Below, piece by piece: positions 46,829 to 56,049 of a DNA stretch of 64,000 bases. The notes under the pieces are model-generated. The model did no database searches. It saw nothing but the letters and a program-made list of their open reading frames with translations, and was not told where the DNA came from. The DNA is from an uncultured Acidobacteriota bacterium (lineage in GTDB: Bacteria > Acidobacteriota > Terriglobia > UBA7540): assembly GCA_963804995.1 (NCBI GenBank), contig CAWDSK010000003.1:1472001-1536000 (forward strand), read 5' to 3'. Position 1 is the stretch's first letter; the number at the start of each line of letters is the position of its first letter. Position numbers and translations under genes: made by a program.

Positions 46829-48740
46829 GTTGCGGTAGGGATACCGGTTACCCGGTACCCCCCGCACGGATCCGTACGTGCGCTGGTTAGCGCATACGGC
46901 TCTTATCTCGGATGTGTGGCGGCGAACCGTTGGGATGGCCAAGGATGCACAACGTGCGGAGCAGGCAACCAGCAGGCCGCAAGCTTCCCCAGTCGGTCCC
47001 AGTTGAGGCGGTGGCGTTGACTGCGTTGACGCAGTTGTGTTCGCCACAGTCGGGTCAACCGTTCCCGAAAGATTCGCAGGCGGTCGAGGTTTCCCGGTAC
47101 CGCGTGATAGTTGAAGTAGCCTTGCACGACCGACCGGAGCCATTTACCCGTATCCGCGATGGGATCGTGCCGACGCTGCCGGAGTTGTTGCTTGAGTTCC
47201 TGCAACTTCCCCCGCAGGCGCTTGCTGATCGTCTTCCGCTTCACGGTAAATTGCCCCCTCCGGTTCTTCCCGCTGATATGCGTGAAGCCCAGAAAGTCGA
47301 ACGTCTCCGGCTTACCTTCTCCTCTCCGTTTCCGGTAAAGTTCGGCAAACGGCCCGAACTCGATCCGGCGCGTTTTGTCAGGATGCAGTTCCAATCCAAA
47401 CTTCCCCACCCGCTCCCGGAAATCCTCCAGAAAGCGGTCGGCTTCCGTCTGCGATTGGAATCCAAGGACCGTATCGTCGGCATACCGCACCACGACCACG
47501 TCTCCCCGGGCGTGCTTCTTGCGCCACGCCTGCACCCACAGGTCAAAGACGTAGTGCAGATAGATATTCGCCAGCAGGGGCGAGACCACCGCCCCTTGTG
47601 GCGTACCCATCTCCGTCTCCGACCATTCGCCTTCCTCCCTCACCCCGGCTTTCAGCCATTTCTGGATGAGCCGGAGAATCCGGGGGTCGGCGACGCGATG
47701 CTGCACGAACTTGAGCATCCATTCGTGGGATATCGAATCGAAAAATCCACGAATGTCCGCGTCAAGAACGTAGTTCACGTGCTTCACCGTGAGCGCGTAC
47801 GAGAGCGCGTCCAGCGCTTGATGCTGGCTGCGTCCCGGTCGAAAGCCATACGAGAAGCCCAGAAAGTCTTCCTCGTAAATCGCATTGAGGATGGTGACCA
47901 CGGCCTGTTGGACGATCTTGTCCTCCAGTGCCGCAACCCCCAACGGACGTTGCCGCCCGTCGCCTTTCGGGATATACGCCCTTCGCGAGGGCTTCGCTCG
48001 GAATGCTCCGCGGTGGACCCGGCTGTGCAGATCGACGAGTCGACCTTCCAGCCCGCTTTCATACTCCTGCCACGTCATGCCGTCTACTCCCGGTGCAGCT
48101 TTTCGCTTCAAGGCGTAAAAGCTTTCCCGCAGCAGATCGACCGTTAAGTGGTGGAGCAAGGCCGTGAACTTCATCTCCCTGTGTTCCTTCGCGGCTTTCC
48201 GCACACCCGCGAGTCCCTGGGACACGCGTGCCCCGCTCTGTGTCGGGTGCGTGTTAGGCCAACGGGTGTTCTCCTTGATCAGCGGCCTTCCCTCCTCATT
48301 CTCCGCCAACGGCTTCCCGTCTTTGTTCAAATGATTCATCGGTACTGTTCCGCTGTCCGACTCCTCGAGAGCGTGCAGGCGGGCTGTACGGCCATCGCCT
48401 TTTCCCGCCGTCCGGCCACGATCTACGGCGGCCGGCGCCTCCGAGGTCTCCCGGTTCTCGTGCAGAAAGTGTCTAGGCGTGTCTGGGGTCTACGACTACG
48501 CAGGACTGTGCCGGAACTCGCGTTGGCGTCCCGGCCTCATGTTGCCTTCCGTTTAGTCTGAAAACGTCGGCGTCCTGATTGGACATTTTCGAAGCTCAAT
48601 ACCCAGCCCACCTATTCCCCTGTTTACGCTTCACCGTGCGCCTCACGACGCCCAGCGCAAAACTCGGGGCCGAGTGGATCGCTACTCCTTCCTCGTGAGA
48701 AATTTTCATTCTCTGCTTTCTGCCGGTTTATCCCGGCGCA
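46829..48740 (-). mobile_element. Group II intron (IIB-type domain V)
   Basis: 5' GTGCG at 48740; domain V gagccgtatgcg..cgcacgtacggatc; domain VI ending ctaccgcaac at 46829. Confidence 0.93.
46903..48339 (-). CDS. ltrA: Group II intron reverse transcriptase/maturase (no endonuclease domain)
   Basis: APGVDG, RPLG, PQG, YADD and FDFLGF motifs. Confidence 0.96.
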   Translation of the reverse strand: MNHLNKDGKPLAENEEGRPLIKENTRWPNTHPTQSGARVSQGLAGVRKAAKEHREMKFTALLHHLTVDLLRESFYALKRKAAPGVDGMTWQEYESGLEGRLVDLHSRVHRGAFRAKPSRRAYIPKGDGRQRPLGVAALEDKIVQQAVVTILNAIYEEDFLGFSYGFRPGRSQHQALDALSYALTVKHVNYVLDADIRGFFDSISHEWMLKFVQHRVADPRILRLIQKWLKAGVREEGEWSETEMGTPQGAVVSPLLANIYLHYVFDLWVQAWRKKHARGDVVVVRYADDTVLGFQSQTEADRFLEDFRERVGKFGLELHPDKTRRIEFGPFAELYRKRRGEGKPETFDFLGFTHISGKNRRGQFTVKRKTISKRLRGKLQELKQQLRQRRHDPIADTGKWLRSVVQGYFNYHAVPGNLDRLRIFRERLTRLWRTQLRQRSQRHRLNWDRLGKLAACWLPAPHVVHPWPSQRFAATHPR

Positions 48741-48876
48741 CCAGACCTCCGCCGTTGAGGTCTGCGGTTCTTCCCGTGCAACATGAGCGAATGTACCGTG
48801 GCGCGGCGCAGAGGTGCATGCATGACATTTGCAGTTGGAAGAACCGCGGACCCCAAAACCGGGGGACCGCGCTACG
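48741..48876. repeat. GTAG-type REP pair interrupted by the intron
   Basis: cagacctccgccgttgaggtctg ... gaccgcgctacg; same family as 36801-37000. Confidence 0.8.
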
Positions 48877-48900
48877 AAACAGGTCCGCGCCTCCCGTTCG

Positions 48901-48977
48901 CTGCTTACTGCCTTCTGCTTGCTGCCTACTGCCTTCTGCTTACTGCCTACTGCTCTCTGCTTACTGCCTACTGCTCT
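48901..48977 (+). repeat. Heptamer tandem repeat (CTGCYTA-like x11)
   Basis: 11 consecutive 7-mers; the array includes the stop codon of the next gene. Confidence 0.9.
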
Positions 48978-50514
48978 GAAGCAAGCGATAACTCACGAAG
49001 GCCAGGCGTTTGCTGTCCGGCGACCAGGAGGGCACATTGATCGTCCCCTGCCCTCCGAAGAGTTTCACCAGGACACGCGGCTCACCGCCCGCCACGGGCA
49101 TGAGGCGCAGCATGACGTCCTGGTCAGCCGGATGCCCCTTTACCGTCTTGTCGTAGGAAAGGAACACGAGCCATTTTCCGTCGGGTGAAGGATGTGCGAA
49201 CCAGTTGGCGTAGTCGTCGCGGGTCACTTGCTCCTGCGCGCTTCCATCCGGGTGCATGCGCCAGATCTGCATCCAGCCGGTGCGCTCGGAGTTGAAGTAA
49301 ATGTATTGGCCATCGGGCGAATAATCCGGCCCATCGTCGAGACCCGGCGCATCCGTCAATCGCTGTGCTTCACCCCCCTCCACAGGAATCGAGTAGATAT
49401 CGCCGTTGCCGCCTCGAATCCCCGCAAACGCCAGCGTCTTGCCATCCGGAGACCAGCCGTGCCAGTAAGAGGGGCCCGTCTCCGTAACCTGCCGAGGCTT
49501 TCCCCCGCCTGCCGGAAGCACATAAACGAAGGGAATGTGATTCGGCGAGTGGGTAATCGCCAACCACTTGCCGTCCGGCGAGAAGCCGTGATCATTGTTG
49601 CAGTGGATGGCATCCCCGGTATCGAGCAGGCGTGGTTCGCCACCTTTAATCGGCACGGTATAGAGTTTCCCCTCACTATTAAAGAGCAGAAACTTTCCGT
49701 CGCGCGACCAGTTGGGCGCCTCAAAGCGTTTCTGTGCGTGATAGACGACGCGCCGCTTGTGCCCGTCAAGGGAGATGATTTCCAGGCGGCTTTCGACAGG
49801 CTGCGGGTGGGCGTGTTCCTCCTTGCCGCCCAGCACGTTCACATTCGAAAACACGGCCTCCTCCTCGGCGGCGGCGTCATGCGCACATACGGCCAGGCCC
49901 ACATAGACAGGGTCATGCAGAGGAACTTCCACCGTACCGGCCAGCTCGAATTGCCCTCCAGCAGGCGCGGCCCAAAGCGAAAAGGTGTTCCCCAGCCGAA
50001 CCAACCGAATGGTTTCCGGATTCGAGATCTTCGACTGAATCTCCTGGGTCGTTCCACCTTCCGTCAGGCGATATTGCAGGGCCGTGAGCCCGCTGCCGTG
50101 CACGACCAAGTCAGCATAGGGGGCGCTTGGACCCAAACCTTGCCGCACCATCCATCCTGCCTTGCGATGGGCATTGCCGCCGGGATGAGGAAATTTCACC
50201 TGGGTGGTCAAGGTCAGGTCTCCCGTGGCCTGCCGCCACAGGAAGTGGAAAGCATCCGTCTCCTTCCACATGTTGGCTCCGCCTCCGGTAATGTGGTACT
50301 CACCGTGTGCAGCATCGAAAGTTGTCGAACCTGCGAGGAGCGGCCCTCCGACGTCGGATTCGCCTTCGAAGTCGCCGAGTGAGGCGGGCGATGCAGCGAT
50401 CAAGGTCGCGAAGAGGATGCACACGGCAAGCGCGAGGAGCCGCCAGACGCCTCGTGGCGGTTCCAGATGGTTCGCGCGCTGGATGCGAATCGAAAAGCGA
50501 TGCAACTGAATCAT
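48961..50514 (-). CDS. TolB-like PD40 beta-propeller protein with N-terminal ConA-like domain
   Basis: Repeated WSPDG/FSPDG/YSPDG; N-terminal beta-sandwich. Confidence 0.88.
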   Translation of the reverse strand: MIQLHRFSIRIQRANHLEPPRGVWRLLALAVCILFATLIAASPASLGDFEGESDVGGPLLAGSTTFDAAHGEYHITGGGANMWKETDAFHFLWRQATGDLTLTTQVKFPHPGGNAHRKAGWMVRQGLGPSAPYADLVVHGSGLTALQYRLTEGGTTQEIQSKISNPETIRLVRLGNTFSLWAAPAGGQFELAGTVEVPLHDPVYVGLAVCAHDAAAEEEAVFSNVNVLGGKEEHAHPQPVESRLEIISLDGHKRRVVYHAQKRFEAPNWSRDGKFLLFNSEGKLYTVPIKGGEPRLLDTGDAIHCNNDHGFSPDGKWLAITHSPNHIPFVYVLPAGGGKPRQVTETGPSYWHGWSPDGKTLAFAGIRGGNGDIYSIPVEGGEAQRLTDAPGLDDGPDYSPDGQYIYFNSERTGWMQIWRMHPDGSAQEQVTRDDYANWFAHPSPDGKWLVFLSYDKTVKGHPADQDVMLRLMPVAGGEPRVLVKLFGGQGTINVPSWSPDSKRLAFVSYRLLQSSRQ

Positions 50515-50575
50515 GACGCCCCCAGTCTTGAGCAAAAAGATAGTCGAAAGGCCAGTGGCTTGCAACCGTGGCGCG

Positions 50576-50864
50576 GGTAGTGTCCTAGTTTGGAAAGAAG
50601 CCCCAAGTGACCCCTCACCCGTCCCGCCCCGGCTGATGAAAACGCCGGCTGCGGTCCACCCTCTCCCCTCGGAGAGGGCGGTTACTCAAGGTAAGGTGCG
50701 GCGCCGTAGCCACCCTGAGATCATAGCCTTCTCCCCAGGGGAGAAGGTGGCTGACGTAGGAGGCCGGATGAGGGGTTACTTGCACCCGCAGGGCGTCGAA
50801 ACAATTTGCAACCTATAAATTCAAAAACCATTAGCCCGGTGCTGCGTCAAACTAGGACACTACC
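50576..50864. mobile_element. MITE (GGTAGTG-type ends) carrying a CCCCTCACCC palindrome
   Basis: 17-bp perfect IR; 8-bp direct repeat GTGGCGCG on both sides. Confidence 0.88.
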
Positions 50865-51011
50865 GTGGCGCGAAGCGATGCTCCGGAGTCAAGAACCCTC
50901 TGCTATAATCTGTCGTTTATCGCAGCGCAAGCGCTTCTGACTGTAGGGGCGCCATTCGTGACGGCTTGGCGGTGCGGCATCGAGCCGCCGTCGCAACGGG
51001 GGAGCAGCTTC

Positions 51012-52998
51012 TTGTTACCGGAGATCCAACAAAAGATTCGCTCGAAATTTGTAGAGGCTGTGCGCGAGGTCTTCCATGTGGAAGTAGCCTCTCCCGCGCT
51101 CGTTACTCCGCCCAATCTGGAGATGGGTGACATCTCGCTCGCCGCTTGTTTTGAGCTGGCGAAGCAGTTGCGGCAGGCGCCTCGCAAGATCGCAGAGCAA
51201 CTCATGGCGCCCCTCTCCGCCGTCGAAGGCATCGAGCGCGTGACCGTGGCCGGGGCCGGCTATCTGAATTTCCATCTCCAGCGCGCCCAGGCCGCGGCGC
51301 GCCTTTTCGACCGGCGCAGTTCCCCGCCCACCGCGCAGACCAGCGCGCACGGGAAAATCCTGGTCGAACACACCAGTATCAATCCCAACAAGGCAGCGCA
51401 CATCGGCCACCTGCGCAACGCTGTTTTGGGGGATACGTTTGTTCGCCTGCTGCGCTTTCAGTCCGACCTCGTGGAAGTCGAAAACTACATTGACAACACC
51501 GGCGTGCAGGTTGCAGACGTCGTCGTAGGATTCCTGCATTTGCAGAAGAAGACTTTGGCGGAAGTTGAGGCGTTGACCCACGACGCTTCGGTTCGCTTCG
51601 ACTATTACTGCTGGGACCTCTACGCGCGAGTTTTCCAGTGGTACGAAGAAGATAAGGCGGCGCTCGCCCTGCGCTCACAAGCCCTGAAAGATATCGAGGA
51701 AGGCCACGGTGAGCCCGCCGCCATGGCCGAGGTGATCTCCACCGCCATCGTGCGCGCCCACCTCAAGACGATGCTGCGAATCAACATCCAATACGACGTA
51801 TTGGTTCAGGAAAGTGAGATTCTTAAACTCAACTTCTGGAAATCCGCGTTCGAGTTGCTGAAGAAGAATGGCGCGGTGCGCTTTGAGGAGAATGGCAAGA
51901 ACGCCGGTTGCTGGGTCATGGATCTGGCAGAAACTTCCGCAGAAAGCGAACCGGCGGATGGCGATGATATCAAGATTATAGTACGTTCGAACGGCACCGT
52001 GACCTATGTTGGCAAGGACATCGCCTACCACCTTTGGAAATTCGCCTTGCTCGACAAGGATTTTGGATACGCGGCCTTCCACCGTTATCCGGACGGCCAC
52101 GGCGTTTGGCGGACCACCGTCGCAGGCGAAGCTGACGCGCCGCCCTTCGGCCACGCGAGCGCAGCCTACGCCGTCATCGATACGCGCCAGTCCTACCTTC
52201 AGAACATCGTCAAAGCCGCATTCCACGCCCTGGGTTACCACGAGCGCGCCCGTAACCTCCACCATTTCGCATACGAGGTGGTCGGACTCACGCCCGTTTG
52301 CGCGGAGGAAATGGGAATTACGCTCAACCCGGATGACCGCGAACGCTCTTACGTGGAGGTTTCCGGACGCAAGGGGCAGGGCGTCAAGGCGGACGACCTG
52401 ATCGACACCCTCATCGCGCGCGCCTCAGAAGAAGTGGGCTCACGCGGCATGACCCAGGATCCTGTTCGAGCAACAGGACTACGCGCGCAAAATCGCTGTG
52501 GCGGCGCTGCGCTACTTCCTCCTGAAGTTCACGCGCCGCGTCATCATCGCCTTCGACTTCAAGGAGGCGCTGGCCTTCGAAGGTGAGACCGGACCTTACC
52601 TGCAATATAGCGTGGTGCGGGCGCGAAATATCTTTCGTAAATTCCAGGAGTCGCACCCGGAGTTCCAAGCCGCGGACCTGCCACGCACCTTCACTTCCGA
52701 ACAGTCACAGGGATTTTTCCGGGGAACGGATGGCTTGGCGTTTTGGGAGCTAACGTTGCTCGCCGGCCAGTTGGAGATAGTCGTAGACCAGGCCATCACC
52801 TCTGAAGAGCCTGCGGTGGTGGCGAAGTACGCCTTCCGCCTCGCCCAGGCCTTCAACAATTTCTATCATCACTTCCACATCCTGAGCGAAACGGATCCCG
52901 CCCGCCAGCAATTCCTGCTTTACCTTGTCTACCTCACGGAACGCACGCTCAGCCTGACCGTCGAACAAATGGGCATGGGAATTCCCGAACGCATGTAG
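51012..52998 (+). CDS. argS: Arginine--tRNA ligase; +1 frameshift near 52465
   Basis: EHTSINPNKAAHIGH, SGRKG; second frame GETGPYLQY..IPERM. Confidence 0.95.
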
Positions 52999-53109
52999 GT
53001 ACGCAGCTCCACGACCCGCGTATCAACTCGGCCTCACGACTTCCCCAATTGGGATTTGTTACCAGGCCATGGACTCGAAATCCGCGAGGGCTATACCGGT
53101 CGGGTATTT

Positions 53110-53529
53110 TCACCTGTGGGGCAGGTGAAGTTGGATGGGGAGGACCTTTGCATAATTCTTGAAATCCGGATCCAAAGTAAAAATTGACCACCGGCGGGAA
53201 AGCGCGACTGCACATATCAAGATGTCGACCGTAGAAACCACAATTCCCTTTGACCGGCACTCATTGCCGGCTCTTGCGGCCGTTTCGTAATCTGAGGTGG
53301 CGATCGGTTGATCCGGAAAGGCTCGGAGCTTTAGCCGAAGCTTTTCGTATTGCTCCGGGGTTTTAATCCCGGACAACAATTCCTGGCGCACCGGGCCGAT
53401 CATGCGACCGCGGCCTTCTTGGATCACTTCCGTCAATTCAGCAACCATCGACCGCTCAACCGCACTCAAGTCCTGCGGCTTACGGCGCAGCGCAAGTGAC
53501 CACACTGAAGTATCAATCAGTGTATTCAC
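53110..53529 (-). CDS. vapC: VapC PIN-domain toxin
   Basis: IDTSVW, QELL, VDILI and TLDPDF motifs. Confidence 0.92.
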   Translation of the reverse strand: MNTLIDTSVWSLALRRKPQDLSAVERSMVAELTEVIQEGRGRMIGPVRQELLSGIKTPEQYEKLRLKLRAFPDQPIATSDYETAARAGNECRSKGIVVSTVDILICAVALSRRWSIFTLDPDFKNYAKVLPIQLHLPHR

Positions 53530-53732
53530 GCTAGTTTCCTCGAGCGCTCGCGCTTGTAATCATAGGCCCGATCATACTCAATCGTTCCAAACAGGGATAA
53601 GACACCTTGCTGCTTCCGGCGCTGAATATACTCATCAAGCGCTGCGTTCACGGTATCCTTCTTGGTGCGGTGATGGCCCAATTTTCGGGCCTCTTCAATC
53701 AGGCGGTCGTCGATGGCAAGGTTCGTCGGCAT
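53526..53732 (-). CDS. vapB: VapB antitoxin (RHH)
   Basis: MPTNLAIDDRLIEEA..TKKDTVNAAL. Confidence 0.92.
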   Translation of the reverse strand: MPTNLAIDDRLIEEARKLGHHRTKKDTVNAALDEYIQRRKQQGVLSLFGTIEYDRAYDYKRERSRKLA

Positions 53733-53749
53733 AGGATAATCCCTCAATG

Positions 53750-53778
53750 ATTCTACACATAGGAGTGTGTGATATCAA
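53750..53778 (-). promoter_or_regulatory. vapBC promoter with ACACA-N6-TGTGT operator
   Basis: TTGATA-17-TAGAAT on the minus strand with a palindrome in the spacer. Confidence 0.65.
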
Positions 53779-53840
53779 GCGCATCTTTATGTGTGGATAG
53801 TTGACAGTCCTGGGAAGAATCCTAGTGAACAATATCGCGG

Positions 53841-55325
53841 TTACGACCCAAGATCCGTCAAGAGCTGTACGAGCGTGCGCACGCCGTGACCTGTCGGGCC
53901 CTTGGCGCGATAAGGTTTTTCCTCACCCGCCCAGCGTGTGCCGGCGATGTCGAGATGCACCCAGGGCGTATCACCGGCGAATTCCCCGATGAACATGGCG
54001 CCCGTGATGGCTCCTCCCCAACGTCCGCCGGTGTTGGCAAGGTCGGCGATCGTGCTCTTGTACAGGTCGCGATACTCATCGTCCACGGGCAGTGGCCACA
54101 TCTTTTCTCCGGCGGCGTTGGCAGCGGCCAGCACGCGATCCACCCACTCCTTATTCCATCCGAAAACGCCGGTCGTGATGTTGCCGAGCGCCACCATCAC
54201 GGCCCCCGTCAGCGTGGCCGCGTCAATCAGCACCGTGCAACCCAACTGCTTTGCAAAGGTCAGCGCGTCGGCCAGCACCAAGCGGCCTTCCGCATCGGTA
54301 TTCAGGATCTCAATGGTCTTTCCGGACATCGAAGTGATGACGTCACCGGGCTTATAGGCTTTCCCGCTGGGCATATTATCAGTGGCGGGGACAAGCGCAA
54401 TCACTCGCACCTTGGGCTTAAGCTGTGCGATGGCTTGCATGACGCCCAGCATGGTGGCGCCGCCCGCCATATCCGTTTTCATCTCGTGCATATTCTCCGC
54501 AGGCTTGATGGAGATGCCGCCGGTGTCAAACGTAATTCCCTTCCCGATCAGGCCCACTACGGGTTGTTCCGGCGCGCCTTCGGGCGTATAGCGGATCACA
54601 ATCATCCGGGCAGGCTCGTCACTGCCTTGGGCGACGGCCCAGAAAGCGCCCATCTTCAGCCCTTGTATCTCGGCAGGTCCAAGCACCTGGCATTCCAAGC
54701 CGCAGCGTGACGCCATAGCCTCAGCGCGCACCGCCAGCATAGTGGGCGTCATCAGATTCGACGGCTCATTGACGAGATCGCGCGTGAAGTTCTGGGCCTC
54801 AGCAATGATGCGGCCCTGCTCCAGCGCGTCTACCGCCCCGGCGGGGAGAACTTCGCCGCCTGTCGCCAGTTCGAAGCGATCAATTCTTTTCTCAGAATTG
54901 CGCTCCGTCCGGTAACGGTCCGCGTCGTAGTCCGCCAACACCGCGGCCTCGGCAATCGACTTGACCGCAGACGGTTCACCCTTGCCTACTACCCAGGCCA
55001 GGTCCCGCACGCCACGCGTCCGGAGGGTTCTGACCGCCGTCCCCACCAGATTGCGAAGCTGTGCATCGTTAAACTTCTCGCTCTTGCCGGCCCCCACGAC
55101 GACGAGTTTGGACGCCGCCAATCCCACCGGCAGGTGAATCAATGTGCATTCAAAAGCCTTCCCGGTAAGTTCTCCTGCCGCCTGCAACGCTTCGAGGAAC
55201 CCCCGCGTTTCCACCGGCAATTGCTCCACGGTGCCGCTCAACTGCGGAGTGCCCTCGAAGGCAAAAACCACCAGCGCCGAAGTGACAAGCTGCGACAACG
55301 CCTCAGGTTGAAATTCGATCTTCAC
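53841..55325 (-). CDS. pepA: Leucyl aminopeptidase (M17)
   Basis: GKGITFDTGG and NTDAEGRL motifs. Confidence 0.96.
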   Translation of the reverse strand: MKIEFQPEALSQLVTSALVVFAFEGTPQLSGTVEQLPVETRGFLEALQAAGELTGKAFECTLIHLPVGLAASKLVVVGAGKSEKFNDAQLRNLVGTAVRTLRTRGVRDLAWVVGKGEPSAVKSIAEAAVLADYDADRYRTERNSEKRIDRFELATGGEVLPAGAVDALEQGRIIAEAQNFTRDLVNEPSNLMTPTMLAVRAEAMASRCGLECQVLGPAEIQGLKMGAFWAVAQGSDEPARMIVIRYTPEGAPEQPVVGLIGKGITFDTGGISIKPAENMHEMKTDMAGGATMLGVMQAIAQLKPKVRVIALVPATDNMPSGKAYKPGDVITSMSGKTIEILNTDAEGRLVLADALTFAKQLGCTVLIDAATLTGAVMVALGNITTGVFGWNKEWVDRVLAAANAAGEKMWPLPVDDEYRDLYKSTIADLANTGGRWGGAITGAMFIGEFAGDTPWVHLDIAGTRWAGEEKPYRAKGPTGHGVRTLVQLLTDLGS

Positions 55326-55371
55326 GGGTCATGGCTCCTTATTGGGATTGAGAGATACTTGCCAGCGCCGC

Positions 55372-55863
55372 TTAAGAGTGGCGCCGGCGGTGTTCCTGGA
55401 TGTCCTGCTGGGTTTCTCGTTCAATCGTGCGGCGCCGCGATGTCTCGCGATGGTCGTAAACCTTCTTGCCTTTCGCCAAGGCAATCTCACACTTGACCAT
55501 GTTCTTCTTCAGGTAGACCCGGGTCGGGACCACCGTGAGCCCTTTTTCCTGGGTGCGGGTCGCCAGCTTATCAAGCTCCTGCCGATGCAGCAGCAGGCGC
55601 CGGTCACGAAGCGGATCGTGATTGAGATAGCTTGCCGCCGTGTACGGGCTGATATGACAGTCAATCAACCAAGCCTGGCCCTTCTGAAAGTCAACGTAAC
55701 TGTCTTTGAGATTGATCTTCCCATCGCGAACCGACTTGACTTCTGTACCCGTCAATTCCATCCCCGCTTCGAATTTCTCCAGGAGATGATATAGGTGCTG
55801 CGCTTGCCGGTTGACGGCAAAGTGCTTCGGAGCGGGTTTGGACGGTGTGGACACAAAGCGCAC
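55372..55863 (-). CDS. smpB: SsrA-binding protein
   Basis: EAGMELTGTEVKS, RRLLLH and AKGKK motifs. Confidence 0.96.
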   Translation of the reverse strand: MRFVSTPSKPAPKHFAVNRQAQHLYHLLEKFEAGMELTGTEVKSVRDGKINLKDSYVDFQKGQAWLIDCHISPYTAASYLNHDPLRDRRLLLHRQELDKLATRTQEKGLTVVPTRVYLKKNMVKCEIALAKGKKVYDHRETSRRRTIERETQQDIQEHRRRHS

Positions 55864-56049
55864 CTGACTGCGTAAACCAGCCTGTAATAACAGGCCATCT
55901 TAGCATAGGCCGGCGAAGACAGGGCGGCGCGTCTCGAAAAATGGCGGGAGGCAACTCCTGGGCACAGGCAGCAATCACAGTTGATGCCTCCGCCCCTTGC
56001 AGGTTCGCTTGGGCAGGCGCAGACGTTGTGGAAGGATCTTGGGTAACTG

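Noticed and set aside
46903..48339. RT as retron, DGR or defence RT
   Set aside because: It has the RT0 APGVDG motif, a maturase region and full intron ends with domains V and VI.
52455..52475. argS frameshift as pseudogene or programmed frameshift (likewise mttB ~8450, blaR1 ~15940, ggt ~36378)
   Set aside because: All four are repaired by deleting one base from a short homopolymer, there is no other decay, and ArgRS is normally essential. Sequencing or assembly error is the simplest explanation; read mapping would settle it.
55864..56049. tmRNA or tRNA next to smpB
   Set aside because: No GGGG 5' end, T-loop or CCA end was recognisable.
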